64,000 nt of DNA from contig JBHGNT010000006.1 in NCBI GenBank assembly GCA_043228905.1, positions 13,764,001-13,828,000 on the forward strand. The letters run 5' to 3'. Below, piece by piece: positions 40,801-51,627 of this stretch. The notes below the pieces were generated by a model that saw nothing but the letters and a program-made list of their open reading frames with translations, searched no databases and was not told where the DNA came from. Origin of the DNA: Azolla caroliniana (taxonomy: Eukaryota; Plantae; Polypodiophyta). The translations under genes and the position numbers were made by a program. Numbering within the stretch: position 1 is the first letter of the stretch; each line of letters begins with the position of its first letter.

Positions 40801-41108
40801 CGCACCGGCTACGACCAAAGAAGATCGAGGAAGGCGACTAGGTGCTGGTCTACAACAGCAGCCTCGACAACCAACACAAGGCGCTCCGCAAATTTGCGAG
40901 GAGATGGTTCGGGCCCTACACGGTGACGAGCATGAACGACAACGACACGTACCATCTTGCGGAGCTCGACGGGAGACAATTGGCTGTGCTGGTAGCCGGG
41001 AAGCGGATTAAAGCGTTCAAGAAGCGGTATGAAGACGAGTTGGAGCAGGGGAGCGATAACAACGACGATTGGTTCAGGGACGCCGATAGTCCGGAGGGCG
41101 ACGAGTGA
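37885..41108 (+). pseudogene. pol: P pol (RT, RNase H, integrase), inverted segment
   Basis: KYKTVDRKVRPV, GDLFSGYDQF, FLDDVPIKG, GHRGTWAT...WWPG, YNPEANGKVERGH, RRWFGPY. Confidence 0.9.
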
Positions 41109-41182
41109 AAGCGAGCCGGTTTTCTCCAGTATCTGTCCGTCTCCGGCGCATACCGGTGGATGTGCGGTTTGGTGGGGGTGGA

Positions 41183-41405
41183 TGTCGTGGAGAAAACAGG
41201 CCGAAAGCGGAATTGGCGAAGCAGGGCGCATGAACCGGTCCTACGCTTTTCCACACCAATTAATACCTTGTACATAACTAGGAGTAGGACGATGGGTGTA
41301 AATAGACTAGATGTGACGCATTGAATGTCTGGGAAATCAAAGAGTATCTCTGTCTGAAAGGACAGAGAATAAATTGATGAAAATGAGGGTGCAATGGCCT
41401 GCCTC
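41183..41405 (+). repeat. P 3' LTR, proximal part, after PPT GGTGGGGGTGGA
   Basis: Reverse complement of ~44794-45016; ends at GCCTC, the reverse complement of GAGGC at 7038-7042. Confidence 0.88.
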
Positions 41406-42106
41406 TGTCAAGAATAGTACTAAGACAGAGAAGGAATTAGTACTAAAAGAAGTATTAGTACTAAGAGAGGTGAAGAACTCTTGAGAGAAGGAAAGAGTGC
41501 GTGAAAGGGAGGGAGAGAGAGAGAGAGTGTGTGTGTGATGATAAGAGAAGATATATATTATGTGAAGAGAATGTACAGTAATAGCTAAGAGGCTTAAGAC
41601 TGGCGTTGAACCGATTTGGTTCAAAATAATGCCTTGTGCCTCCTTTTATAGTGTTCTAAGGAATACTCCTGAGTATTCTAGAATGTTCCAGAGAAATCTG
41701 GAATATACATCAATTTTCTATAATAAAACATAAATAATATTTTATGTATTACAATGTATGGTCTAATGGTCAAGAGCTCGACCTATGTAGCATAAGGTCA
41801 TGGGTTCGAGTCTTGCCATATCATGACACAATCCCCCCTTTAAAACGACGAGTGTAACGAGTCGTTTTGGATTGAGGACCCGGTTTGTGTGGATATTGAC
41901 GATGGAAGTTTTCAAGAAGAGCACGAGCATTGGTGACATTCTCTATAGGTTCCCAAGTACGCTCGTTGGGACTATATCCTAGCCAATCGACTAGATAGTA
42001 GAGCTTGTTACGAACAATCTTGGAATCAAGGATGGAGGCAACCTCGTACTTAGGTCCATCTTCAAGCTCGATCGGGGGTGGAGGCTATGTAATATGTCAT
42101 GGGATG
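41406..42106 (-). mobile_element. C1 3' end, inverted: 3' LTR 41406-41828, PPT, chromodomain
   Basis: LTR matches 7043-7459; minus strand reads PPPPIELEDGPKYEV...YLVDWLGY; bounded by GGATG 42102-42106. Confidence 0.9.
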
Positions 42107-43967
42107 TGTTGTCCGTCGGAATAGTAACCGACGGACAAGAGCGTAGGAATAAGAAATAATATAAGATCATAACGCATGTAACGGTTCACGCAGGAAGCGT
42201 GAACGACTAAATAGACCCTGGGTATATAAAGGGCAGAAACCCTCTGATAGAGGGAGCGTGTAATTTTGGGAATGTAAGAAACGTTTCATAATAGAATTCT
42301 ATCTTCTCTGATTCTCTGTGTATAGTTACGGCTAATCCACTATGTGTGTCTTGAAGACCTAAGCATGTAAGCACGTAAGTGTAACCTTTGCTAGGGATTC
42401 AGTTGTAGCCGTCTCCCTTATACGCTAGTTCGACGAGCAGTTGGTGTTCGAACAAGACAGAAGGCATCAGCTCGAAATCCGCCTAAACAATGAAATGGGG
42501 AAATTAGAAGAACAACATGCAAAGGAATCCCAGCTGTGGGCGGGCCTGAAGGCCACGTACGAAGAAGCGGCGGTGGTTAAACAACAAGAAATCGCAAACC
42601 TCCAGAAGTCGATGGAGGACGCACGCAACCGTTGCCAGGCCATCACAGATAACGTTCGTATCCTTCTCCAAACAAATCGGGAGAGGTTCATAGCGCAATT
42701 GAAAACGGCGCTAGACAAAGGATGGATGGTGTGGGCAACCCAAGCAGCGGAATTGCACGTGTATCGTGCGGATTGGGAGAACCGGCAAAAAGACGGCCGA
42801 GGTTTCTATAAACTAAATGAGGAGAGCATTGCGACCGTACGAGAGGACCTAGCGCAAGACTATCGTGCACTAGCAGACCAACACTTTGAAGAACTCGCGC
42901 AGCTCTTAGATGATTTTGGTGAAAGTCGGGAGGAGCTATTTCACCAGATCACACAAGCCGGCAACACGCGCACAAACGAGGAATCCAGCGCAACGCCAAT
43001 TCCGGGCACAGCCGAAGAAGAGGAACCTCAGGCCTGATCACCAAAAATGACAACGATGGAGAACAGTGCGAACCGACGAGCGGAGTCCCCCACAGGACCA
43101 GACAACGAAACAACTGCACAAGAGGAGGTTCATCCGCGCGAGCCCATGCTATCATCTGACCACACGGAGAACGGTGCGGGCCAAGCGGAATCTTCGCCCC
43201 ACTCCCCGGAACGTACAAAAACGGCCGACACCACGGAGGACGTAACAATGGAGGCAGAGCCGTAGCTGATTGCAAGCACGACAATAGCGGAGCCCAACCC
43301 ACTAGCTCAAGAAGAACCCACCGTACCCGGACTGCTCACACACGGCGACTGCGACTCCGGGAGAAACCAGCCCGACCAAACAGGGGAGCCACACCACGAT
43401 GCACCTATGGGCCCTACGTCACCTCCGGACGCGGACACTGCAGCAGAGCCAAACAACCGGGCCATTTTGGAAGAGGATTAACGAGATGGGTCCGACGTGC
43501 CAAGGCACCGTCCCACAGGCGTGCCAGGTGTTGTTCGCCGGAATAGTAACGGACGGACAAGAGCGTAGGAATAAGAAATAATATAAGATCATAACGCATG
43601 TAACGGTTCACGCAGGAAGAGTGAACGGCTAAATAGACCCTGGGTATATAAAGGGCACAAAACCTCTAATAGAGGGAGCATGTAATTTTGGGAATGTAAG
43701 AAACGTCTCATAATAGAATTCTATCTTCCCTAATTCTCTGTGTATAGCTACAGCTAATCCACTGTGTGTGTCTTGAAGAGCTAAGCGTGTAAGAATGTAA
43801 GTGTAACCTTTGCTAGGGATTCGGTTGTAGCCGTCTCCCTTATACACTGATAGGTTACAGGGAACATTCCCCTATGCATTACACTTAGACGCCTATTCAT
43901 TGTTCCACACCCACTTGGAGGTCTAGGTCGAATGACTGACCGCGGACCGTGTTCCTAATCGGCAACA
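42107..43967 (+). mobile_element. Family B element B2 remnant: partial LTR 42107-42426, extra-ORF C-terminus, 3' LTR 43529-43967
   Basis: Two direct LTR copies; GFYKLNEESIATVREDL aligns with A1 KFYKMDEESIVAIREEL. Confidence 0.88.
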
Positions 43968-44322
43968 CCATGAAGTTTCGCTTCGACAGCCGAAGCGAGT
44001 CATCGAACCCATACATCTCGAGGAGCCGCAACTCGAACTCCTCCCAAGTTTGGCGTCCGGCCAACACCTCGAGCACCTCTGCGTGGATGCTCGGCGTCAC
44101 CACCCGAGGGATTCTGGACAGCCGCCTGACCATCGAGATATCCCTCATGGTCATTTCGGCCCGGTAGGCCTCCAAGTAGCTCGTGGAATTCTTCCCATTG
44201 AATCGACCTATGGTGCCGATGATCGACTCAATGGCCCTGTCGAGGGCACCCATTCCCTCGCGAGCGCTCACTAGCCGGTCGACGGCTACGGCCATAGCTT
44301 CAGCAAGCTCAGATCCCCTCAT
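43968..44322 (-). pseudogene. gag: P gag N-terminus
   Basis: MRGSELAEA...RFNGKNSTSYLEAYRAEM, directly downstream of the PBS. Confidence 0.75.
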
Positions 44323-44344
44323 CCTTCACTCCTTTGCCACTTGT

Positions 44345-44362
44345 TTCACGTTGAGTTCACCA
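44345..44362 (-). other. P PBS, tRNA-Trp type (TGGTGAACTCAACGTGAA)
   Basis: 4 nt from the LTR; 16/18 match to the complement of the recalled plant tRNA-Trp 3' end, both mismatches transitions. Confidence 0.75.
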
Positions 44363-44366
44363 AATA

Positions 44367-45016
44367 TGTCGGGTTGTTACGCTCTTCGCGTGGGGAAAGA
44401 CGCAGGACCGTAGGAGCCTTGAACCAAGGAGTGTGAGAAAGAAGACAGAGAGAGAGAGAGAGAGCAACTTGCAGAAACACAGAGGGAGGAAGAGAGAACA
44501 AAGTCTTAATTATAGAATCAATAACGATTACAACCGGCAAGCCGGCAACGGACCCAACTCAGGCGAACACACACACACACGATGCTCATGCACGCACACA
44601 ACCCCGACTGCACTATGGAGCCTCTGCCGGAAGCACACAGACTGTCCAGAAGCAGAGGCAACTCGGTCCAAAATCCTGCAGAGAATGACGAACAACAGAG
44701 GAGAGAGCTCGGTCCCAGTCTGACAACACTTCGTCCTCGTTCCCAAAACGCGATCCTTTCATCCGCCTTCTTCCTTCCCTTTTATAGGCCGTCGAGGCAG
44801 GCCGTTGCACCCTCGTTTTCATCAATTTATTCTCTGTCCTTTCGGACAGAGATACTCTTTGATTTCCTTGACATTCAATGCATCACATCTAGTCTATTTA
44901 CACCCATCGTCCTACTCCTAGTTATGTACAAGGTATTAATTGGTGTGGAAAAGTGTAGGGCCAGTTCATGCGCCCTGCTTCGCTGATTCCGCTTCTGGCC
45001 GGTTTTCTCCACGATA
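44367..45016 (-). repeat. P 5' LTR (650 bp)
   Basis: Equals 6610-7042 plus 41183-41405 once re-oriented; TATAAAA on the minus strand near 44780-44787. Confidence 0.9.
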
Positions 45017-46975
45017 GCGTGTTCGTGAAAAATTTCAACGGAGGCAATTTTCTGATACTCCTCTTGTATGTGGATGACATGTTGATCGTTGGACCAGACC
45101 AAACCAAAATTGGGAATCTGAAGAAGGCACTAAAGCGGACCTTCTCAATGAAAGATCTAGGTTCGGCGAGGACCTTCTCAATAAAGGATCTAGGTTCGGT
45201 GAGACAGATATTGGGGATGCACATAGTCCGGGACGAGACGAAGAAGTTATTGTGGTTGTCACAGGAGAAGTACGTGACAAAGGTGCTCAAACGATTTAGC
45301 ATGTTGGATGCTAATCCGGTGGGGTCGATACTTCCAACAAACTGCAAGTTGTCCGAGAAGTAGAGCCCAAAGACAAAGGCAGAGAAGTCGGAGATGGTAA
45401 AGATACCATATGCCTCTGCCATCGGAAGCTTGATGTACGCAATGGTGTGTACCCGACCGGATATCGGATATGCAGTCAGAGTGGTCAATTGATTCATGAG
45501 CAATGCATGAAGAGAACACTGGACCGTGGTCAACTCGATACTCCGATACTTGAAAGGGACCTCGAGTATGTGCCTCCGATTCGGCTCTGGTAAATTCCAA
45601 CTTGAAGGATTCACCAATTCGGATATGTCGGCTGATGTGGATACCAGGCGGTCAACGTCCAGATATGTTATGTCATATGCATGGGGAGCTGTATCGTGGT
45701 AGTCAAGGCTACAGAAGTTCATTACACTATCAACAATGGAAGCGGAGTACATGGCGGCTGTAGAAGTTGGCAACGAGGTAATCTAGATGAAGGACTTCAT
45801 AGGAGAGCTGGGGATCCGGTAGGAAGAATTCCGGCTCCATTGCGATAGTCAAAGTGTCATCCACCTCGTGAAGAACGTGGCCTACAACTCACATTCCAAG
45901 TACATCTAGAGGAGATATCACTAGCTCCGGGAGAAGGTAGAAGATAACGAGTTCCTGCTGACGAAGATCCATACTGTCACGACACAGTGACATCAAATAC
46001 GTAGTTAGTGAGGATTGAACCTGTAACCTCACATCTATAAAATGTCATGCTCAACCATTTTGATATCAACATGCATTTGTATATAATGGTTTAGTATTCT
46101 ATAGTCTTGCATATAGTACATTTCAGAATCAAAATATTCTTGTCGGTAGTATATTGTGGAAATATAGTACAATATATTCTAGATGAGTATATTCTAGAGA
46201 TATTTCTCGAGTATATTCTAGAGATATTCAATCTTGGAACATGTATAAATACTTGTAACCTCCTTGGTCCCTTTCAAGGGATTCAACACTAGTCATTGAC
46301 ACATCAATCTAGTATTCTTGTTCTATTCCATCTTGTCTCCTTCATTTCTGTCTTCATGCTCTTGTGTCATTCCCAACTTCTTAAGTTCCACGCTCTTAGC
46401 CCCATCATCCATGCTCTGTCGTAGTCCATGGTTGGTGTGTCCGTGACACATACGCAGGAGAACGGGTCGAACATGTTGACCAAGGTGCTGTCAGCTGACA
46501 AGCTAGACGAGTGCATGAGACAGATAAGATTGACAAGACATCCCATGCCGGAGTGAAGTGGGAGTTTGTTGGGAATTCGGTCCCTCCGGAGGGCATCCAG
46601 ATGAGAACCAGAGGAGTCGTATCAGACGGGTTGAAGGAACTAGACCGGATGGATCCGGAAGGTATCCAGATGAATTCAGTGTGAACCGGCTTCAAAAACA
46701 TATCTGTAAATATGTTTCTAGAGTGCTTGTCATGTCCATATTTGTAAATAGTCCTAAATTCATATAAGTATATATATGACTTAGGGAAATCACTTATTAT
46801 CATGAGAATGTGAGTAGATATATTGTTGTACAGAGGTTGTAGAGACAGAGAGAATGAGAGAGTGAGAGAGAGAAACATAAAGTATTTTCTGTTGTAACCG
46901 CCGGTGGGCGAAGATATAGAGCTCAAGGTCATTGCCTCTGAGTCTCGCATTGTATCAGTTATAGCAATGTTCTAA
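45017..46975 (+). mobile_element. copia-2 right part (RT, RNase H), PPT and truncated 3' LTR from 46567
   Basis: LLLYVDDMLIVG, PYASAIGSLMYAMVCTRPDI, CDSQSVIHL; GGAGTGAAGTGGGAG before TGTTGGG. Confidence 0.9.
45975..46448 (+). repeat. Solo LTR (chromovirus-like), TSD CATAC
   Basis: TGTCACG...CGTGACA; CATAC at 45970-45974 and 46449-46453; interrupts copia KIHT. Confidence 0.9.
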
Positions 46976-47629
46976 TGTAAGCATATGATAAGGATAAAAG
47001 ATATATGAAATAAGAAACGAGAGAGAGAAACAAGGGTGTCAACCACCCGACCACTCCCGAGCTAAGGTATCAAGACGGACTTGAGCCTTGATCGGCGTCC
47101 CATACCACCGTCGTGGCATCAAGTAGTACTTGATGCTAGCGCGCTCGCAACAAGAGTTGACCCACCACAACGTCAGAGTCTGAACGTAGTCAAACAATGA
47201 TGAAATGAGGGTAGCTAGACCTCATATTTGTAGCGATACCCAAGGCCCCTAGGCAAGTTCACACTTGGCCTAATGGGTTGTCTCAATCCCAAGTATTAAA
47301 AGTAATCCTCCCCTTCTTTACACTCTCATTTAACCCTCACACTTATCCACATGTATAGAATACTACGGTAAATTCTCACCACAGGATATTATATGGTCAT
47401 GCTCGTAACATACTCACCCTCTTTAAAACATTGCACTCTTGCAATGGAAAGTTAGGGAACTTAGTTCTAAGAGTATTTTCGTGTTCCCATGTGGCATCAT
47501 TGATAGATTTATCCATCCATTTCATTTTAAATTCTAGGATTATTTTAGTACGTAGATTTTTTGTTTTAACATCGAGAATTCTTTCTGGTACATGTGGTTT
47601 AGAAGATTATTCTTCAGAAGTAATGACTC
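46976..47629 (-). mobile_element. 3' end of another chromovirus: chromodomain, PPT, LTR (~46976-47410)
   Basis: Minus strand reads PERILDVKTKNLRTKIILEFKMKWMDKSINDATWE; AAGAGGGTGAG precedes the LTR. Confidence 0.75.
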
Positions 47630-49502
47630 TGTATGAAGAGTGTGAATGTAAATGTGCGGAAGTGTTAGATAGAACCGGCTCAACCGGATAGCATCAGAGA
47701 ATAAGAGGTTTAATGGAAAAGCTTAATACACAGAGAGAGTATACTTAGGGGAGACAGAGAGAGCAGAACATAAAAACGTTTATTCAAAATAACTCTCCAA
47801 CTCTGTACATACAACGTGCAAAACAACACTATTTATACAAGTCCATAAATGACTGACAGAAGTACCGACAGGTACTCAAATATTCCTACGTGTGACTAAC
47901 ACTAACTACGAGACAATGATTACCTAGTAGTCTAGGCTACTACTAGGCTTCCGATTCCCGCTCGAATCCGGCTCTTCGATCCGTCTTCGTGATCCGGCCG
48001 GTTGTTTCCGGATACCGATCCGGCTCAGGTTTCCTTAGCCGATCCGGATATGGTTGAGCTTGCTCCCTCAACACTCCCCCTCAAGCTCAACTTGAGGTCG
48101 GATCTTGGTGTTGGTGTTTGTGGCAGCCGGTTCCTCTACACGGCTCCTTCTGGCGTTGCTCCGCCTTTCTTGCGCTCCTCATCCGGTCCAATCCTGTTTG
48201 CCGCGACTCTTCTGGTTCTACGCACTTCGATCTCCTCGGTCGGCTTGTCTACTGAACAGGCCCATTTCAGCTCCCTCACTACTGCGACTCCGGCGCTTGT
48301 CGACCCATCGGTTCCTTCGTGTTGGCGTCAACTTCTGCTGCGTCCATGTCCGTTTAGCCTTTGGTTGATCCGGCTTCTCCGAATCTTGAACCGAATCGGT
48401 TTCCTTCGATTCGTTCCAGCTCTTGTTTGAATCGGTCGCTCCCGATTCGTTCCGGCTCTTGTCCAAGTCGGTGTTCTTCAACTCATCTTCTGGTTTCTGG
48501 CCCTTTACCATATCAGACCATGTCCGGGTCTTGGCCTTCTCCTTCCGGTCGCCTCTATCGCCACTGCCACTTGTTCCGACTTGTTCGGATGTGCCGACTT
48601 CCTTCGTCGACTCGGCTTCCTTTTTCCCTTTGTCTCCCCCTTTGTTTGTTCTTTCTTCCTCTCCAGCTCCTTGTCCGGTGCCCTCCGTTCCCTTTCTTTT
48701 TCTCCCCCTCAATTGCGGCATGTCGAGATGTTGAACACCAAGCATTTTGGTGAAGTGCTACAACTTGTTCGATCCAAGCGGTTTGGTGAAGATATCAGCA
48801 ACTTGCCGATCCGTCTAAACATACCGAAGTTCAACTTCACCACTCAAAACCCACTCACGCACGAAGTGATAATGCACTTCTATGTGCTTTGTCCGAGCAT
48901 GGAACACAAGGTTCTTGGCGAGCTGAATGTTGCTCATGTTGTCACAATAGATCAGGATCGGGGTCGGTACCTCAATCCTCAGGTCTTCAAGCAGTCGTTG
49001 GAGCTAGATGGCTTCACAGGTGGCATTGGTAGCACCCCAATATTCAGCCTTAGTGCTCGACAGAGCCACTGTTAGTTGCTTTTTGTTACTCCACGCAAAA
49101 ACCGCGCGACCTAGAGAAAACATGTAACCAGAGGTGGATCGGCGATCCGATGCATCACCAACCCAGTCGGCATCGGTATATCCGACTAGCTTCCCAGCTA
49201 TACCGTGTCGGTATAACAGTTCTCGATCCTTCGTACCGCTAACATACCGGAGTATCCGGTGTGCACAATGAAGGTGCTCGACGGTCGGCTTCTGCATGAA
49301 CTGGCTGATCACTCCGACTGGGTAACTGAGGTCGGGTTGAGTGATTGTCAGGTATCTGAGGCTTCCGACGATTTGTCGGAACCGTTTCTCATCGCAGGCC
49401 GATCCGAAGTTGGGACAGAGCTTCTGGTTCCAGTCCAGGGGTGTGGAGACAGGTCGGCATTCCGTCATGTCGAACTTGTACAGCATATTCAACACATAGT
49501 GT
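47630..49502 (-). mobile_element. copia-3a 3' part: RT end, RNase H, charged extension, PPT, LTR 47630-48073
   Basis: GYTDADWVGDASDRRSTSGY, VALSSTKAEY; TTGAGGGGGAG adjacent to the LTR. Confidence 0.88.
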
Positions 49503-50430
49503 TGTTGTCTGCCTGGCCGAACTAGCCTCAACACAGGTGTCTATCCGACGCTTCTCCAAAGGGGTGGTAAGGATTGGATGCTAGGTTACACGCGTAAGAT
49601 GATTACAATTAAGCACAGACGGTAAACAATACGAAGATACAGATAAACACGCAATAATTACTTTTGTATTACTTCCGTCAAACCCTTTACAAATCATCGG
49701 ATCCTTTTATAGGAATCCGGCAAGGTTACAATCGGTGCGCTTAGGCAACCGACATCCGAATCGGTCCGGATCCGGATCGGTACAACTGTACCGGATCCGT
49801 CCCTCCGAATAATAATTCTACTATCATTTACTTCCTATTATCTGATCCGACTCCGCCTTCCCACTTGTCCTTGATCTTCTGACCGGCCAACACATGGCAC
49901 GCCCGTGGGAAAGTGCCTTGCACGTCGAACCCACTCCCGGTCTCATTCTTCCTCCAAAATATCGAGCACACTCTGCTCGATGGTGTCAAGTGGTGCTTCT
50001 TCCTCCAATTCCTGTTCCTTGCCTGCCTGGTCTCCGACCTCCGGTTGGGTTGGCTGTTCCGTAAAAATTTGCTGCTCCGGCTCTGCTTGATTCTGTGGTG
50101 CCGGTGCTTCCTCACCGCTTCGTCCGGGTTCTTCCTGTTCTCCCTCCGTTCCTGGCTCTGTTCTATTACCAGTGTCGCTTTCTCCGGTCTCAACTGGTCT
50201 GCTCGGTACGCCTTCTTCCTCTGCTCTGGTGTCTTCCGGTCTCAACTCTTCTTCTTCTCCGGCATCGGTCTGCTCCTACTCTTCTTGATTTCCTTCGAAC
50301 GGAAGTTCTTCTTCGGGTATTCCTTGTCGGGGTTGTTCAGTGTCGGTTGGTTCAACTTCAGCCGGTCGCTCTCCCTCACTAATAGTGATTGGCGTCGTTC
50401 TTCCCTTGGCTTCCTGTCGTAACCGGTCCT
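49503..50430 (-). mobile_element. Family A fragment A2: 3' LTR 49503-49892, tRNA-like motif, extra-ORF tail
   Basis: Near-identical to 9934-10862. Confidence 0.92.
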
Positions 50431-51627
50431 GTGTCAGATCCGACAACGATCTACTACGACAACCTCAGCAGCATCCAGCTCGCGAAAAACCCCGTTTTCC
50501 ACGCACGGACCAAGCACATTGAGGTGTACTACCATTTCATCCATGAGCGTGTTCTTTCTAGTGAAGTCAAACTTCAGTACGTTCCGACGGATCGGCAGAC
50601 TGTCGACATCTTCACCAAGCCTCTTGGTCTGGACAAGTTGCGGAAATTCTCAAGTGCGCTCGGATTGCGTCACCTCGACGTGCCGAACTTGAGGGGGAGA
50701 AACAGTCCTGAACGACCAAGCGAGGCAGCATCGACTAAAGAAGCCGAGGGCGGACCCGCAGAAAAGTCCGGAAGTGGACAAAAGGGGAGCAGCCGAAGGA
50801 GAGAGCCGAAGCCAACCACGCATGGGGAAGATGACACCATCGAGGGCGAGAAGACCGAAGACAAGTTGGAGATAGCCAACTCGGACGAGAGCGAAAACTG
50901 ATCGGAGGTAGCCGAGTCAGTTCGGATGTTTGATTCAGATACGCTGAATCAACCAAGGCCCAAGCAGAAGAAAAGGCAGCGGGAGAAGCGTCAAGACCGC
51001 AACAGCAGAAGAGCTGATAAGGGCCACATGAGCAGACAAGCCGACCGGAAGGGTCGAAGCGCGTGGAGTCGAACAAGTCGAGGAGCGCGAGCGAGGCGTG
51101 AAGCCAGGAGGAACCGGAGCTGTGAGCCCAAAGATCCCGAAGAGCCTCAAGTTGAGCTTGAGGGGGAGTGTTGAGAGACAAGCTCAACATCGGCCGGATC
51201 GACTGAAGAAGCCGAGGACCGGATCGGTTGGGACAGATTGGTTAGGCCGAATGCGTAAACCGGTACGCAGACCGGTGCATAGGTAGGGACGGATCGGTGC
51301 GTAAACCGGGAGGCCGTTAGGAAAGATATTCCGTGAGGAATATATTTGGGAGTTAGTGTAGGAGCTCTTAATGAGCATTGAAGTACTGTCAGTATTTCTA
51401 TCAGTCCTTCTAGGACTTGTATAAAAGTGTTCATTGAACACACATATGTATAGCATAGTGAATAGAGATTGAGTATTTTTTGAATATAGTTCTTGTGTTT
51501 TCTCTCTCTCACTCTCTCTGTCTCTGTCTCTCCCGCGTATACTGCGTAACCTCAAGCTCTCCATTAAACCTGTGTTTTCTTCCTTCTATTCGGTCTTCAT
51601 ACTTGCTTCCGCACACTACTTTCTACA
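50431..51627 (+). mobile_element. copia-3b 3' part: RNase H, extension, PPT, LTR 51169-~51627
   Basis: YYDNLSSIQLAKNPVFHARTKHIEV...DIFTKPL; same family as copia-3a. Confidence 0.88.

Larger units (their letters stand above)
6610..45016 (-). mobile_element. Ty3/gypsy element P (Phygy-like, tRNA-Trp primed) with nested insertions, 4-bp TSD GCGT
   Basis: Matching LTR ends at 6610 and 45016; GCGT at 6606-6609 and 45017-45020. Removing it restores copia RT codons CAC TGC GTG TTC GTG (HCVFV). Confidence 0.85.

Noticed and set aside
41759-41812. Functional tRNA gene or SINE
   Set aside because: No convincing acceptor or anticodon stems, tail or TSD; kept only as an A/B-box motif within LTRs.
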